Of a stretch of DNA of 64,000 nucleotides, positions 39,322 to 48,473 are shown piece after piece. Position numbers and translations under genes: made by a program. Each line of letters begins with the position of its first letter. Within the stretch, counting starts at the first letter, position 1. Origin of the DNA: a virus. Location of the stretch: positions 64,001-128,000 of the IMG/VR virus record IMGVR_UViG_3300027709_000056; one strand, written 5' to 3'. The notes under the pieces were generated by a model. It was given only the letters and a program-made list of their open reading frames with translations. It did no database searches and was not told where the DNA came from.

Positions 39322-40416
39322 TTAGGCCGACGCCTCGCCTTGTGCGGCTTTAATATACTTGCCAAAACGTTCATGGAACTCATCAAAACATTCAACTTCG
39401 TCTGGATCGATTGGAAGTTGATATTGTGTAAGAGCTAATTTGATACCCATAACTACTAGTTCAGTATCAAAGTTGTCCATTGCGAACCTTAAGAAGTTAT
39501 TAACTTTGTCATCAAACTTCTTATCGTTCTTATCACAAGCTTCTTTAAGCTCGTAGCATAAAGAGACTGTTAAGGAATACATGGCACTGATTTCTTTAGT
39601 CTCTAGCTTCTTAACCTTCGCAGTAAGAATGTCGCTTGGGTTAGGAAGATCTGCGGCTACTTTTCTGTGAGCCATGAATTTTACAGCAAGTCCTTCGCCT
39701 ACTGCACCACTAACTAAATCTGTAGTGGTGTTCTCATCGTCGTCATCTTCCAAAAGTTCGGAAACAAACGACCAAGAACGGGGTGTAGCAAATGAACGAC
39801 TCGGTGATTTTGGATCAAAATCATATAAGTCCTTCTTGCTAAATGTTAGGTAACCAACTACATCCTGGTGTTGGTTGTTTTTTACTGCCCACTCAAACCA
39901 GTCATCAAAATCAACTTTAAGTTCTAAGTGAACAAAACGGTTAGCCAACGGAGCAGGCATTCTATATGTAACGCCTTTATCAGCTTCTCTATTACCCGCC
40001 GCAACGATCAAAACGTTGTCAGGTAATACATAAGTGCCAACCCTACGATTTAGGATTAACTGATAAGCCGCCGCCTGTACTGCTGGTGCCGCCGAATTCA
40101 TTTCATCCAAAAACACAATAATATATTTGTGCTTTTTAGCCATCTTAGCATCTGGCAATTCGCTTGGGGGTGCCCAAACCATTGTACCTTGCTTTGAATC
40201 GAAATAAGGGATACCTTTAATGTCTGTTGGTTCCCATAAGCTCAAACGTATATCGATAACGTGAGCTTCCATATTATCGCCGATCTGTTTAACGATGTCT
40301 GATTTTCCAATACCTGGGGGACCCCAGATAAAGATTGGACGTTTCTTTTTAAATGCTCTGACAACACTTGCCTTTGCATTATTTGGACTTACTTGCCTTA
40401 CTGCTAGATTTTCCAT
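39322..40416 (-). CDS. MoxR-family AAA+ ATPase
   Basis: GPPGIGKS Walker A, FLDE Walker B, AAGN, LANRF. Confidence 0.85.
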   Translation of the reverse strand: MENLAVRQVSPNNAKASVVRAFKKKRPIFIWGPPGIGKSDIVKQIGDNMEAHVIDIRLSLWEPTDIKGIPYFDSKQGTMVWAPPSELPDAKMAKKHKYIIVFLDEMNSAAPAVQAAAYQLILNRRVGTYVLPDNVLIVAAGNREADKGVTYRMPAPLANRFVHLELKVDFDDWFEWAVKNNQHQDVVGYLTFSKKDLYDFDPKSPSRSFATPRSWSFVSELLEDDDDENTTTDLVSGAVGEGLAVKFMAHRKVAADLPNPSDILTAKVKKLETKEISAMYSLTVSLCYELKEACDKNDKKFDDKVNNFLRFAMDNFDTELVVMGIKLALTQYQLPIDPDEVECFDEFHERFGKYIKAAQGEASA

Positions 40417-40471
40417 TTATTTGTACTCCTTCTTTTGCCTTTGTTATGTTCAGTGCCTTATTGTTATATAC

Positions 40472-40500
40472 ATTATACGTTCATTATCGTCAAAGGTCAA
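40472..40500 (-). promoter_or_regulatory. sigma70 promoter TTGACC-N17-TATAAT
   Basis: Read directly; upstream of the MoxR gene (AAGGAG SD). Confidence 0.8.
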
Positions 40501-40551
40501 CCAGAATCTGCGAAAAAAGTGTGGTTTTTTAAGAAAAAATATGTAATAAAA

Positions 40552-40947
40552 TCAAGAGTTTACAGTTTCATTTGTCCGTTTTAGAGCTTTATTCAATCCA
40601 TATTTTCGGACATCTCCTGAAAATAGATGTAATTCGAGTGCTTTTTTCTCGTTTAAAACTGTAACACTTCTATTAGTAAGGTAATATGGACAATCTATAA
40701 ACTTATCCAAAAAAATTACAATTTGGGTAGTCACTTTAAAGTTCTCTGGAAATGGAACTTCGTAATTTGTTAACTCTAACTTATTCACAGTAAAGTCTAA
40801 TCCGTCTTCAGTTAATCGTAATCCTCCAACTTTTTTTGCTCTAGTATTCTGCCACCACATAGGCATATATTCTTTTAATGTACTTTCATTAATTGAGATG
40901 CCTGCTTGTTTTAAGAATACCTTGGTATAGGTTTCTTTTAAGTTCAT
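40552..40947 (-). CDS. Hypothetical protein
   Basis: 131 aa coupled ORF. Confidence 0.7.
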   Translation of the reverse strand: MNLKETYTKVFLKQAGISINESTLKEYMPMWWQNTRAKKVGGLRLTEDGLDFTVNKLELTNYEVPFPENFKVTTQIVIFLDKFIDCPYYLTNRSVTVLNEKKALELHLFSGDVRKYGLNKALKRTNETVNS

Positions 40948-41234
40948 TTTTCTACTACTGTTTCACCAGATACTAGTTTGACTACTGTAAAATCTTCAGA
41001 GTTAAAAAGATCATTAAGTTTCTTTGCAAGGTTGTGAGCATGACCAGGATTACTAAAACTAACCTTCTTATATTTTGGCCCTGGATAATTTGTTAATACA
41101 TTTGACGATTTTAAATTGAATGGTTTGTTTTTGTGGAAAACCGCCCATATGGCTTCTGCATCCAAAACTTGTTCTGAACGATAAGTTTTCTTATTAACGT
41201 GCTCTAATATTATCTCTGGCTTTGGCCTACTCAT
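40944..41234 (-). CDS. Hypothetical protein
   Basis: 96 aa; ATAAATA at 41267-41261. Confidence 0.7.
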   Translation of the reverse strand: MSRPKPEIILEHVNKKTYRSEQVLDAEAIWAVFHKNKPFNLKSSNVLTNYPGPKYKKVSFSNPGHAHNLAKKLNDLFNSEDFTVVKLVSGETVVEK

Positions 41235-41326
41235 AATTTATTCCTGTTATCTACTACTATTATTTATCTCAATATAGCAGTTATATACGCAGTTTACTTT
41301 ACGAGTAAAACTATGTTATAGAGGGG

Positions 41327-41569
41327 TTATTTCCAGTCTCCGCCGCCATCCATTGTAACGTTAACGACATCTTCTGTTTTATTAGCTTGATCTATTAGCT
41401 TTTCTAAATCACCGTGTAATCTAGACATTACACTAGCTATTGTGAATGCGAGGTTTTTAGCTTCTTTTAATTCTATTTTAACTTCAACTTGCTTAGAGTT
41501 ATCGGCAACCTTTACTTTATCAATAAATTGTTGTAAAGGAATAGTGTTTAAAGGTTTAACGGTTTGCAC
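41327..41569 (-). CDS. Hypothetical protein
   Basis: 80 aa coupled ORF. Confidence 0.6.
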   Translation of the reverse strand: MQTVKPLNTIPLQQFIDKVKVADNSKQVEVKIELKEAKNLAFTIASVMSRLHGDLEKLIDQANKTEDVVNVTMDGGGDWK

Positions 41570-42068
41570 GACTTAACTCCTGACGCATTTCTAATTCAGT
41601 TTTAAAAGGTCCTTTGTGTTCATATTTTTCTAAAGTGACTTCTTTCGGACAAAAACTTTTAACCCAACCCTTGTCAAAATGGATTATAAAGTATCCTGCA
41701 CAATATAAACTTTTAGATTTTTTGCTTTTAGTAAATAATGCTCGTTTCTTTTTAAGATCATACATAGCATTGTAAGGTACTGTACTAGTTGCTAAATGAT
41801 AAATTTCTTTTGAAACTGTTTTATTAGCATCACTTATTGTAGCAGAACTCCAAAGAATTTCACCGCCGATTCCTTCTTTAAGATCTGGTAAGCAATTATA
41901 ATATTCAGTTCTTGACCTGCAACCTACTGGTTCACATGGTCGCTGACAACAATACATATAATGATTGTTTTCGTCTTTAGATAATGTGCCTAGTTTTTTT
42001 CCGTGAACAGCATCTTCAATTATCCAGAATTTATTTTTTAAAATTTCCTTTGCTTTTACATCTGTCAT
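41556..42068 (-). CDS. Hypothetical protein
   Basis: 170 aa coupled ORF. Confidence 0.7.
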   Translation of the reverse strand: MTDVKAKEILKNKFWIIEDAVHGKKLGTLSKDENNHYMYCCQRPCEPVGCRSRTEYYNCLPDLKEGIGGEILWSSATISDANKTVSKEIYHLATSTVPYNAMYDLKKKRALFTKSKKSKSLYCAGYFIIHFDKGWVKSFCPKEVTLEKYEHKGPFKTELEMRQELSRANR

Positions 42069-43051
42069 AATACAGGGTACCTCGCTTGTAATGGCTCAGC
42101 ATACGCCTGAGCATTATCAGTTATTCTTTGCATATCATAAATTGCACAGAATTTCATTAATCGCAAACCTACTTGCGGTATGTTTTTAGGTTGTGCGTTT
42201 TCAATTATTGTATTCTTAATTTTTTCTTTAATATATTCAGGTTGTGCAGTTAAGTCACATAGTTCTACATTTCTATTATAATCATCTAATACTCTATGCT
42301 CTTTGCCTTCATGATCAACCCAACGTTGTAACATCAAATTATTCCAACTGTAACCTTTTGTAGTCATATCATTAAATGCTTCTTCTAAGCCTACCTTGTT
42401 TCTTGTGCCTGATTTTCTTACACCAGGATATGCAGAAAAGACATTATCACTAGTATCACCTCGTACACATTTTTCAAATAATAGCCATTCTGGATTAGGT
42501 GCTGGTTTATCTTTTCCTGTCTTTTTATCGATTACTCGTTTTCCTTTTTCGTCAAAATATCCTTCGTGTGTAATAGTTACATTTGACACACCGTTATATT
42601 GACACACCTTAGGTGAAATTAATTGTGCAAAATCACCATCTGTTGATATAATTGCGTGTTCGTCATTAGGATGATGGTCAATCCAACCTGCAATTAAATC
42701 ATCAGCTTCTAATTCGTCATGCTGTAAAACAGTACAATTTGTTTTATTTGTTATAAAGTCTCTAAAGTTATCAAACGTTTCCCAAAAGACTTGTTCTTCT
42801 TCTTGTTCTTTTTCTGTTAGAGCATCACGTGCCGCTTGCCTATTTCTTTTATATGGTTCATAAACATCTTTACGCCAACTACGTCCTTCTAAACAAAATA
42901 CAATATGATCTGCATCAAAGTCGTTCCAGGCTTTCTTTAAACTATTAAAAGTAATATGGAAAGCCATACCTACCTTCATATCAGTTTCACCACGTACTAC
43001 ATGACGAGCTCTAAAGAACGTATTTGCTGTATCAACTAAAACATATTTCAT
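42065..43051 (-). CDS. rnh: T4-type RNase H / 5'-3' exonuclease (FEN family)
   Basis: LVDTANTFFR, EADDLI, STDGDF, GDTSDNV acidic motifs. Confidence 0.85.
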   Translation of the reverse strand: MKYVLVDTANTFFRARHVVRGETDMKVGMAFHITFNSLKKAWNDFDADHIVFCLEGRSWRKDVYEPYKRNRQAARDALTEKEQEEEQVFWETFDNFRDFITNKTNCTVLQHDELEADDLIAGWIDHHPNDEHAIISTDGDFAQLISPKVCQYNGVSNVTITHEGYFDEKGKRVIDKKTGKDKPAPNPEWLLFEKCVRGDTSDNVFSAYPGVRKSGTRNKVGLEEAFNDMTTKGYSWNNLMLQRWVDHEGKEHRVLDDYNRNVELCDLTAQPEYIKEKIKNTIIENAQPKNIPQVGLRLMKFCAIYDMQRITDNAQAYAEPLQARYPVL

Positions 43052-43428
43052 TATGAAATCTCACTTTTACCATCCTTATTAGGCGAGCCTACATTAATAT
43101 AACCTGCACCTCTTGATGGATCTAATCCTTGTTCACTTAAAATATTTCGTGCAACGTCTTTAAACCAACCATCAACTATTTGCTCATTAGTTTCGCCTTT
43201 ATAGCCAGCATCTAATAATTGTTCAATAAATTCGTTGTTCCAATCAAGTTCAAAGAATCCGTTTTTAATGTCTTTTGGATTTACGTGAGTTTCTAAAACT
43301 GCTACCCAAGGCTTTTTAGCCTTTTCAGCCGCTTTCTTTTCTTCCATTAGTAAAGTAAGACGATCCTTTTCCTTTGGATTCTTTTTTACTTTTGGAAGGT
43401 TAAGTAATTCTTTAATTTTATCTAACAT
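43051..43428 (-). CDS. Hypothetical protein
   Basis: 125 aa coupled ORF. Confidence 0.7.
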   Translation of the reverse strand: MLDKIKELLNLPKVKKNPKEKDRLTLLMEEKKAAEKAKKPWVAVLETHVNPKDIKNGFFELDWNNEFIEQLLDAGYKGETNEQIVDGWFKDVARNILSEQGLDPSRGAGYINVGSPNKDGKSEIS

Positions 43429-43461
43429 AATTATATTCCCGAATGTCTAATTTTTTCCATA

Positions 43462-44328
43462 TCAAGTTCCCCAGGAGTTTCCGAAGATATCGACGTGTAG
43501 TCTGGGTGTGTATCTCCATCCTCTTCCCATTGCAAGTTTGGCGACTGTTTTTGCGTTTTCTTGGTATTCTTCGTAACACCCACCCACGGCCATACAGTAA
43601 ACTGGACACTCAACCCCGGCAGATTTGTACTCGTCCACAGCTTTAGTAACTTCGTCCACATCCACTTCGTCAGCCACGACAAACTTAAGATACAAGTGAG
43701 TCCCAGGGACAGTAAAATATGAATCAGCAACTTTAGGCTTGATAGCATCACTCCATAACTCACCACTGACAGTAAGTTTCGGAGAGCACGACCAAGTAGT
43801 ATGAAATCTTGCTTTAGTTGAGATGTAGTCTCTGAAATCATCTCTAAGCTCTTGTGTAGTGTTTGTTTCAAACGTAACATTCTTTAAATCTCCCATTTTT
43901 GGATGTTCAAACAGGTCTACATACATCCGTTGCCATCCAAGCAAAGGTTCACCCCCTGTTATTACAAGGTGAATATCTTGTCCATTATTACAAGTCCATT
44001 TGCCTTCTGGTGTAAGAGAAAGTAATTCATCAACTAGATCGTCTAATTGGTAATCCGTAGTAAACTTTTTAAATCTTGGATCCCATGATGCATAAGAATC
44101 ACAACCCCTATGCACTAATGGCAAATCTTTCAATACTTTGTACTTATCCGGGTTTTCCTGGTGGTCTTTAGCAATCAGGTTGTAGTCATTAGCCAATTCA
44201 CCTCTTGGCATACCAAAACCACGGCATTTAAAGTTGCACCCATACATACGCAGGAAAACCGAAGGTACACCAACAAAGCGACCTTCTCCTTGCACACTAT
44301 AGAATGATTCGCACACTCTAGCCTTCAT
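43462..44328 (-). CDS. queE: 7-carboxy-7-deazaguanine synthase (radical SAM)
   Basis: FYSVQGEG..GVPSVFLR..GCNFKC...GCDS, ITGGEP, FETN, SPKL, PRLH. Confidence 0.85.
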   Translation of the reverse strand: MKARVCESFYSVQGEGRFVGVPSVFLRMYGCNFKCRGFGMPRGELANDYNLIAKDHQENPDKYKVLKDLPLVHRGCDSYASWDPRFKKFTTDYQLDDLVDELLSLTPEGKWTCNNGQDIHLVITGGEPLLGWQRMYVDLFEHPKMGDLKNVTFETNTTQELRDDFRDYISTKARFHTTWSCSPKLTVSGELWSDAIKPKVADSYFTVPGTHLYLKFVVADEVDVDEVTKAVDEYKSAGVECPVYCMAVGGCYEEYQENAKTVAKLAMGRGWRYTPRLHVDIFGNSWGT

Positions 44329-44476
44329 ATATCTTCTCCCTTATAACAGCCTTATCATAGCCTAATCTGGACATTTCGTCCAAAAACTTTTCTTCTGTCC
44401 AAGCACCATACTCAAACATTTGTATTGCTTTATTCACTTTACGATTCCAAAACTCTCTTACAGACGAAACACTCAT
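44318..44476 (-). CDS. Small hypothetical protein (52 aa, absent from ORF track)
   Basis: MSVSSVREFWNRKVNKAIQMFEYGAWTEEKFLDEMSRLGYDKAVIREKIYEG*; ATGA overlap with the folE stop and overlap with the queE start. Confidence 0.7.
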   Translation of the reverse strand: MSVSSVREFWNRKVNKAIQMFEYGAWTEEKFLDEMSRLGYDKAVIREKIYEG

Positions 44477-45159
44477 TTTGAATGTCCTTTCATGCTTAAA
44501 CAGATATCATAAAATTCTTGTTTTAGTGCTGGGTCTTCACTAAATGCACCTAGCATAATTGCAGTAGTCATATCTGATTCGTGTTCTTTTACACCACGTT
44601 GTGTCATACAATGGTGTTCTGCTTTAACTACAACCGCTACGTGTTTTGTTTTTGCAAACGTTGAAAGTTCATTTGCAATTTCTGTAGTCATTTCTTCTTG
44701 TATTTGTGGGCGTTCGGCGATGTGATGTACTAGTCTATTAAACTTACTCAGACCAATAACTTCTTCTTCAGGTATAATGCCAACCCAAGCATTACCTACA
44801 ATATTTTGAAAGTGATGGGCACAAGTGGACCGAACACTTATTGGTCCACTCGTATACAAAGATTTGTAACCCATATTGGGAAAACTTGTTACCGCAGGTC
44901 GCGGATTAAACCGACCTCCGAAGATTTCGCGAACATACATTTTTGCAACACGTTTTGCTGTATTGCGAGTATTATGATCGTTTTCAGTATCTATTACGAG
45001 AGAATCAAGAACTACTTGAAACGCTTCCTGAACTTCCGTTTCAAGTTGTTCTTTCTCATATTCATAGATATGTTCGCTGATATTATCATTCGCATGAAAT
45101 CTTATGCCTGCGTCTATCAGCCTTTGTCGAATTTGTGTACTTACTTTTCCCAATGTCAT
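44473..45159 (-). CDS. folE: GTP cyclohydrolase I
   Basis: STCAHHF, GLSKFNR, RPQIQEEMT, HHCMTQRGV. SD spacing favours a TTG start at 45153. Confidence 0.92.
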   Translation of the reverse strand: MTLGKVSTQIRQRLIDAGIRFHANDNISEHIYEYEKEQLETEVQEAFQVVLDSLVIDTENDHNTRNTAKRVAKMYVREIFGGRFNPRPAVTSFPNMGYKSLYTSGPISVRSTCAHHFQNIVGNAWVGIIPEEEVIGLSKFNRLVHHIAERPQIQEEMTTEIANELSTFAKTKHVAVVVKAEHHCMTQRGVKEHESDMTTAIMLGAFSEDPALKQEFYDICLSMKGHSK

Positions 45160-45201
45160 TCTCCGATGTTAAGGCAGTGGATTGCCATAATCTAATATAC
45201 T

Positions 45202-45230
45202 ATTGTATAGTATATTTAGGTTTTTGTCAA
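45202..45230 (-). promoter_or_regulatory. sigma70 promoter TTGACA-N17-TACAAT for folE
   Basis: Read directly from the sequence. Confidence 0.75.
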
Positions 45231-45235
45231 GCATT

Positions 45236-45433
45236 TTAGAAATGTTTGTTAGCCATTTCAAGCATATCATTATACTTGGCAATTAATTCAATTTCAGTAC
45301 TGATCGTACTGATCATGTCAGGATGGTCTGCTACGCCGGTAGTATTATTGAGTAGTACCTCAACATTAGCTACTGACTTTGCAATTTGGCCTGCCATGTG
45401 TGCCTTAAAAGCTTCTAAGAGTTTCTCTCTCAT
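45236..45433 (-). CDS. Hypothetical protein
   Basis: 65 aa with GGAG SD. Confidence 0.7.
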   Translation of the reverse strand: MREKLLEAFKAHMAGQIAKSVANVEVLLNNTTGVADHPDMISTISTEIELIAKYNDMLEMANKHF

Positions 45434-45435
45434 AG

Positions 45436-46317
45436 TTATTCTCCTTTCAAAGGGTTAAATTGTGATGGTAGATATTCTAAAGCAATTTGTTGATGAATTT
45501 CTTCATCAAAGTGTTCGCCATCTTTAGTGTGCTTTAGTATGTCTACTTGTTTATTCTGCAAGAACCAATCTTCTACAGAATCTGGTGCTACTTGAATACT
45601 ATCAAAATTATAAAAATCATTCATCATAGGTGGTATCCAAGTCCATTTATTTAAACCAAAAAGTTTCAGTTCGGCTCCGTATTCTTTACAAAGTGTTTGT
45701 AAAATATATATTTCTTTAAACCAATCTCGCTGATTCTTTAGGCTCATAATCTCCATCCAAGTTTTAACTTGCATATATGGGGTATCTCTTAAGTCAGGAG
45801 TTTTCCAATGAAATGCTGGTTTCATTTCTATTTCTAACTCTGGTTTCTTTTTCATATCAACTGCATGAACTTGTAATGGCATATCAAATGCTCTAAATAA
45901 AGATAGATTACGTTCATTAAGTGCTATATGTTTACTCCAACAATCGATATTTCCTTTTGTTGTTTCTTTAAAAAATAAGTCTTCGTATTGAATAACATTT
46001 TCATAGTCTGGTGGTTCTACCCAAGTTACTCTAAAACGATTCCAATATGTATTTTGTATTACAACTTCTTTAATGTCATCATATTTTCTAAAAAGAAAAC
46101 TTAACCATTCGCTATATTCCCACCAACCATTAGATGGGTTTGCAAATATAACACCATCAGCACCTTTACTATTAATATAAAACTCAGCCCAATTATTATC
46201 ATTCCATCTACCTGAGAATGGCCAAGTTTCAAAATTTAATGGTGTATTGTCATCAGCAGGCATATCAGCTATATGATATCCACAAGTATGACTACAACCT
46301 AGTGCCGCAATTCTCAT
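45436..46317 (-). CDS. SGNH/GDSL-like protein
   Basis: ALGCSHTCG and DGEHF motifs. Confidence 0.5.
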   Translation of the reverse strand: MRIAALGCSHTCGYHIADMPADDNTPLNFETWPFSGRWNDNNWAEFYINSKGADGVIFANPSNGWWEYSEWLSFLFRKYDDIKEVVIQNTYWNRFRVTWVEPPDYENVIQYEDLFFKETTKGNIDCWSKHIALNERNLSLFRAFDMPLQVHAVDMKKKPELEIEMKPAFHWKTPDLRDTPYMQVKTWMEIMSLKNQRDWFKEIYILQTLCKEYGAELKLFGLNKWTWIPPMMNDFYNFDSIQVAPDSVEDWFLQNKQVDILKHTKDGEHFDEEIHQQIALEYLPSQFNPLKGE

Positions 46318-46724
46318 TCAAACAGCCTCATTTGTTTTTCGTCGTCGTCTTCAGCAAACTCATTCCAGTCTTTTTTATAGTTCCCTTTATCAGGAATAGC
46401 ATGACGCACTCCTCCAGTCGGATCAGATACATCAGCTTTACGTCTAGGAATTAAATGTACGTGAGCATACATTATAGATTGTCCTGCTTCACGCCCAACG
46501 TTTTGTCCAATGTTATAAGCATCACAATATCCTTTTTGCACCCAATCATAACCCCATTGGTAAGCGGCCTTATAACATTTTGCTAAATGTTCCCAGTCTT
46601 CTATTTTAGGAACAAATAATAAATGTCCTTCAGTTACCGGATACTTGTCTTTCCATACATAAAAGTCTTTAGTTTTAATTAAAGGTTCATTATTTAAATA
46701 CCAAACGGTTTCTTCAAGTTTCAT
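46314..46724 (-). CDS. HIT-family nucleotide hydrolase
   Basis: DKYPVTEGHLLFVPK, YNIGQNVG..AGQ, YAHVHLIPRR (first His of the triad replaced by Tyr). Confidence 0.85.
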   Translation of the reverse strand: MKLEETVWYLNNEPLIKTKDFYVWKDKYPVTEGHLLFVPKIEDWEHLAKCYKAAYQWGYDWVQKGYCDAYNIGQNVGREAGQSIMYAHVHLIPRRKADVSDPTGGVRHAIPDKGNYKKDWNEFAEDDDEKQMRLFE

Positions 46725-46966
46725 TTGTCATGCTCCTCAACCCATTCAAGTACATTCATCATTGTATGCAATCGTTTACGGGCTTCATTAAGATTAAGTG
46801 CAGGTACCCAAGCAGTACCTTTATTTTGTTGCATCTCTAACATAATGTCCTTATGCTTATCTCCTTTTGTAAATTTAATAACGTCTGATGTTTTAAATTT
46901 TAAAACGAAGACTTCTTTTTTCTTTTTAAATGGTATAACATTAGTCATCTTTATAACTTCCAACAT
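46721..46966 (-). CDS. Hypothetical protein
   Basis: 81 aa coupled ORF. Confidence 0.55.
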   Translation of the reverse strand: MLEVIKMTNVIPFKKKKEVFVLKFKTSDVIKFTKGDKHKDIMLEMQQNKGTAWVPALNLNEARKRLHTMMNVLEWVEEHDK

Positions 46967-47423
46967 TTTCCCAAGGGTATACTAACCATACATCATCTTC
47001 GGCTTTGTTTACTTCGTGAGCCCAATACTTAACATCTTGGAATTCACTTGATAAATTTTCAGTTAAAACTGCAAAGCGGACATTGTTCATACTAGAATTA
47101 ATACACCAATCGTGTCTAATCCAATTAAAAGTAGCACCTGTATCATTAATGTCATCTATTACTAAAATATTTTTTCTTTTTGATACAGCGTCTTCGGCCA
47201 TCCATGTATTAGATTCATTTTTTCTAGCATGATCACGTAAAGCAACCTTTAATGATTCACATCTAATATCTAGCATATTACTTAATATAGCCGCAGGTAT
47301 ATTGCCCCCTCTTGTGATTCCTACAATGTATTCAGGTATCCATTTATCTTTGTACATACCAAGTACAATTTGTTTACACATATTTTCTATGTTAGTCCAA
47401 CTGTAATAATGTTTTTTAACCAT
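46941..47423 (-). CDS. Purine phosphoribosyltransferase (Gpt-like)
   Basis: IVGITRGG, LVIDDINDTGAT PRPP loop, WLVYPWE. Confidence 0.85.
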   Translation of the reverse strand: MVKKHYYSWTNIENMCKQIVLGMYKDKWIPEYIVGITRGGNIPAAILSNMLDIRCESLKVALRDHARKNESNTWMAEDAVSKRKNILVIDDINDTGATFNWIRHDWCINSSMNNVRFAVLTENLSSEFQDVKYWAHEVNKAEDDVWLVYPWENVGSYKDD

Positions 47424-48048
47424 TTATAATCCTTATATTGTCTTCCGGCGTACGACCTTCTATTCCATTACCTGGATATTTTAAAGGCGTCTCAAGCCAA
47501 GCTGTTCTTCGCTTGTTCATCACCTCTTGTGACACAAACTTTAATGCAGGTGTAAAACGTTGTCTACCTCGTAACCCTGTTGCTGTATGCGACATTGTAC
47601 TTGGGAACGTCATAATACGTCCTGGAATCGGTGCTACACTATGAATAATCTGTTTAGGATCTATTAAAATTTTAGTTTCACCTCCTTCATTAATATCCCA
47701 AAAAGTTTGTGGATAAAATAATAGTGTCATTGCTTTAGGGTCTGCATCATCAGTATGATAATAAGCATTTTCTCCCGGAGCAAAAAAATTACAAGAAGAT
47801 TTAAAAAGAACTAGTCCGTTAAGTTCTGGACAATGTTCTTCACAAAATTTCCATAACAATTTAAAAGTTTCTGTATGTGTTATTCCTTCACAAGCCAGTC
47901 CTGTTGGAACAGGATTTTCTTTATTATCATATGCTCCAAAACTAAAAAGTAAACTTGAATTTTCTACTTCTAGTTCTCTAATTTTTTCAATTGGAAAAAC
48001 ATCGTCGTATATTTTAAGTCTACCATCAATGTGACTACCTATTATCAT
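47416..48048 (-). CDS. Fe(II)/2OG oxygenase (prolyl-4-hydroxylase-like)
   Basis: YHTDD, GGET, PGRIMTFPS...HTA...R. Confidence 0.8.
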   Translation of the reverse strand: MIIGSHIDGRLKIYDDVFPIEKIRELEVENSSLLFSFGAYDNKENPVPTGLACEGITHTETFKLLWKFCEEHCPELNGLVLFKSSCNFFAPGENAYYHTDDADPKAMTLLFYPQTFWDINEGGETKILIDPKQIIHSVAPIPGRIMTFPSTMSHTATGLRGRQRFTPALKFVSQEVMNKRRTAWLETPLKYPGNGIEGRTPEDNIRIING

Positions 48049-48473
48049 ATTCCGTATTTTTCCTTTAAATACTGTTCATTATTAATCCATTCACCGTTTC
48101 TTATAAATCCCCAGTCTTGTTGTTTTTGTCCCATAAAGAACAAACTCCAACACGGTATTTCGTTACCGTCTGTATCTTTTTTAAGTTCTAGTCTATGTAA
48201 AGATTGTGCTTTACAAAAACGAAAATGTCCTGGACCACGCCAAAATTTACCTTCAGGTGTGTGTTCGTAATATCCACCTTTTAAAATAATTGTAACATAA
48301 TCCCATGGATGATCATGTAAGTCATCTAAGTCGCTAACTAAAATTTTATGTAATGTGAGGTTAAACGGAAACCTTTTTCTATCTTTTAAAAACAAATAAT
48401 ACCTAACCAAATACGGAATTTTATTATACCGATCATATATAACTCGTTTTCTATTTTTAAACAGACCCATCAT
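48045..48473 (-). CDS. Cupin-fold protein
   Basis: LHDHPW..IILKGGYYE...HRLEL...WSLF. Confidence 0.65.
   Translation of the reverse strand: MMGLFKNRKRVIYDRYNKIPYLVRYYLFLKDRKRFPFNLTLHKILVSDLDDLHDHPWDYVTIILKGGYYEHTPEGKFWRGPGHFRFCKAQSLHRLELKKDTDGNEIPCWSLFFMGQKQQDWGFIRNGEWINNEQYLKEKYGI

Noticed and set aside
41290-41312. AGTTTACT-TTACG-AGTAAAACT hairpin as a terminator
   Set aside because: AT-rich, imperfect stem with no poly-U tail; weak support.
43418-43880. Alternative-frame ORFs over queE (43418..43609, 43431..43880, 43443..43646)
   Set aside because: Shadow frames of a well-supported gene; no SD or recognisable motifs.
45151-45201. Calling the folE leader a known THF-II or preQ1 riboswitch
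   Set aside because: It does not match those consensus sequences as I recall them, so it is kept only as a candidate finding.
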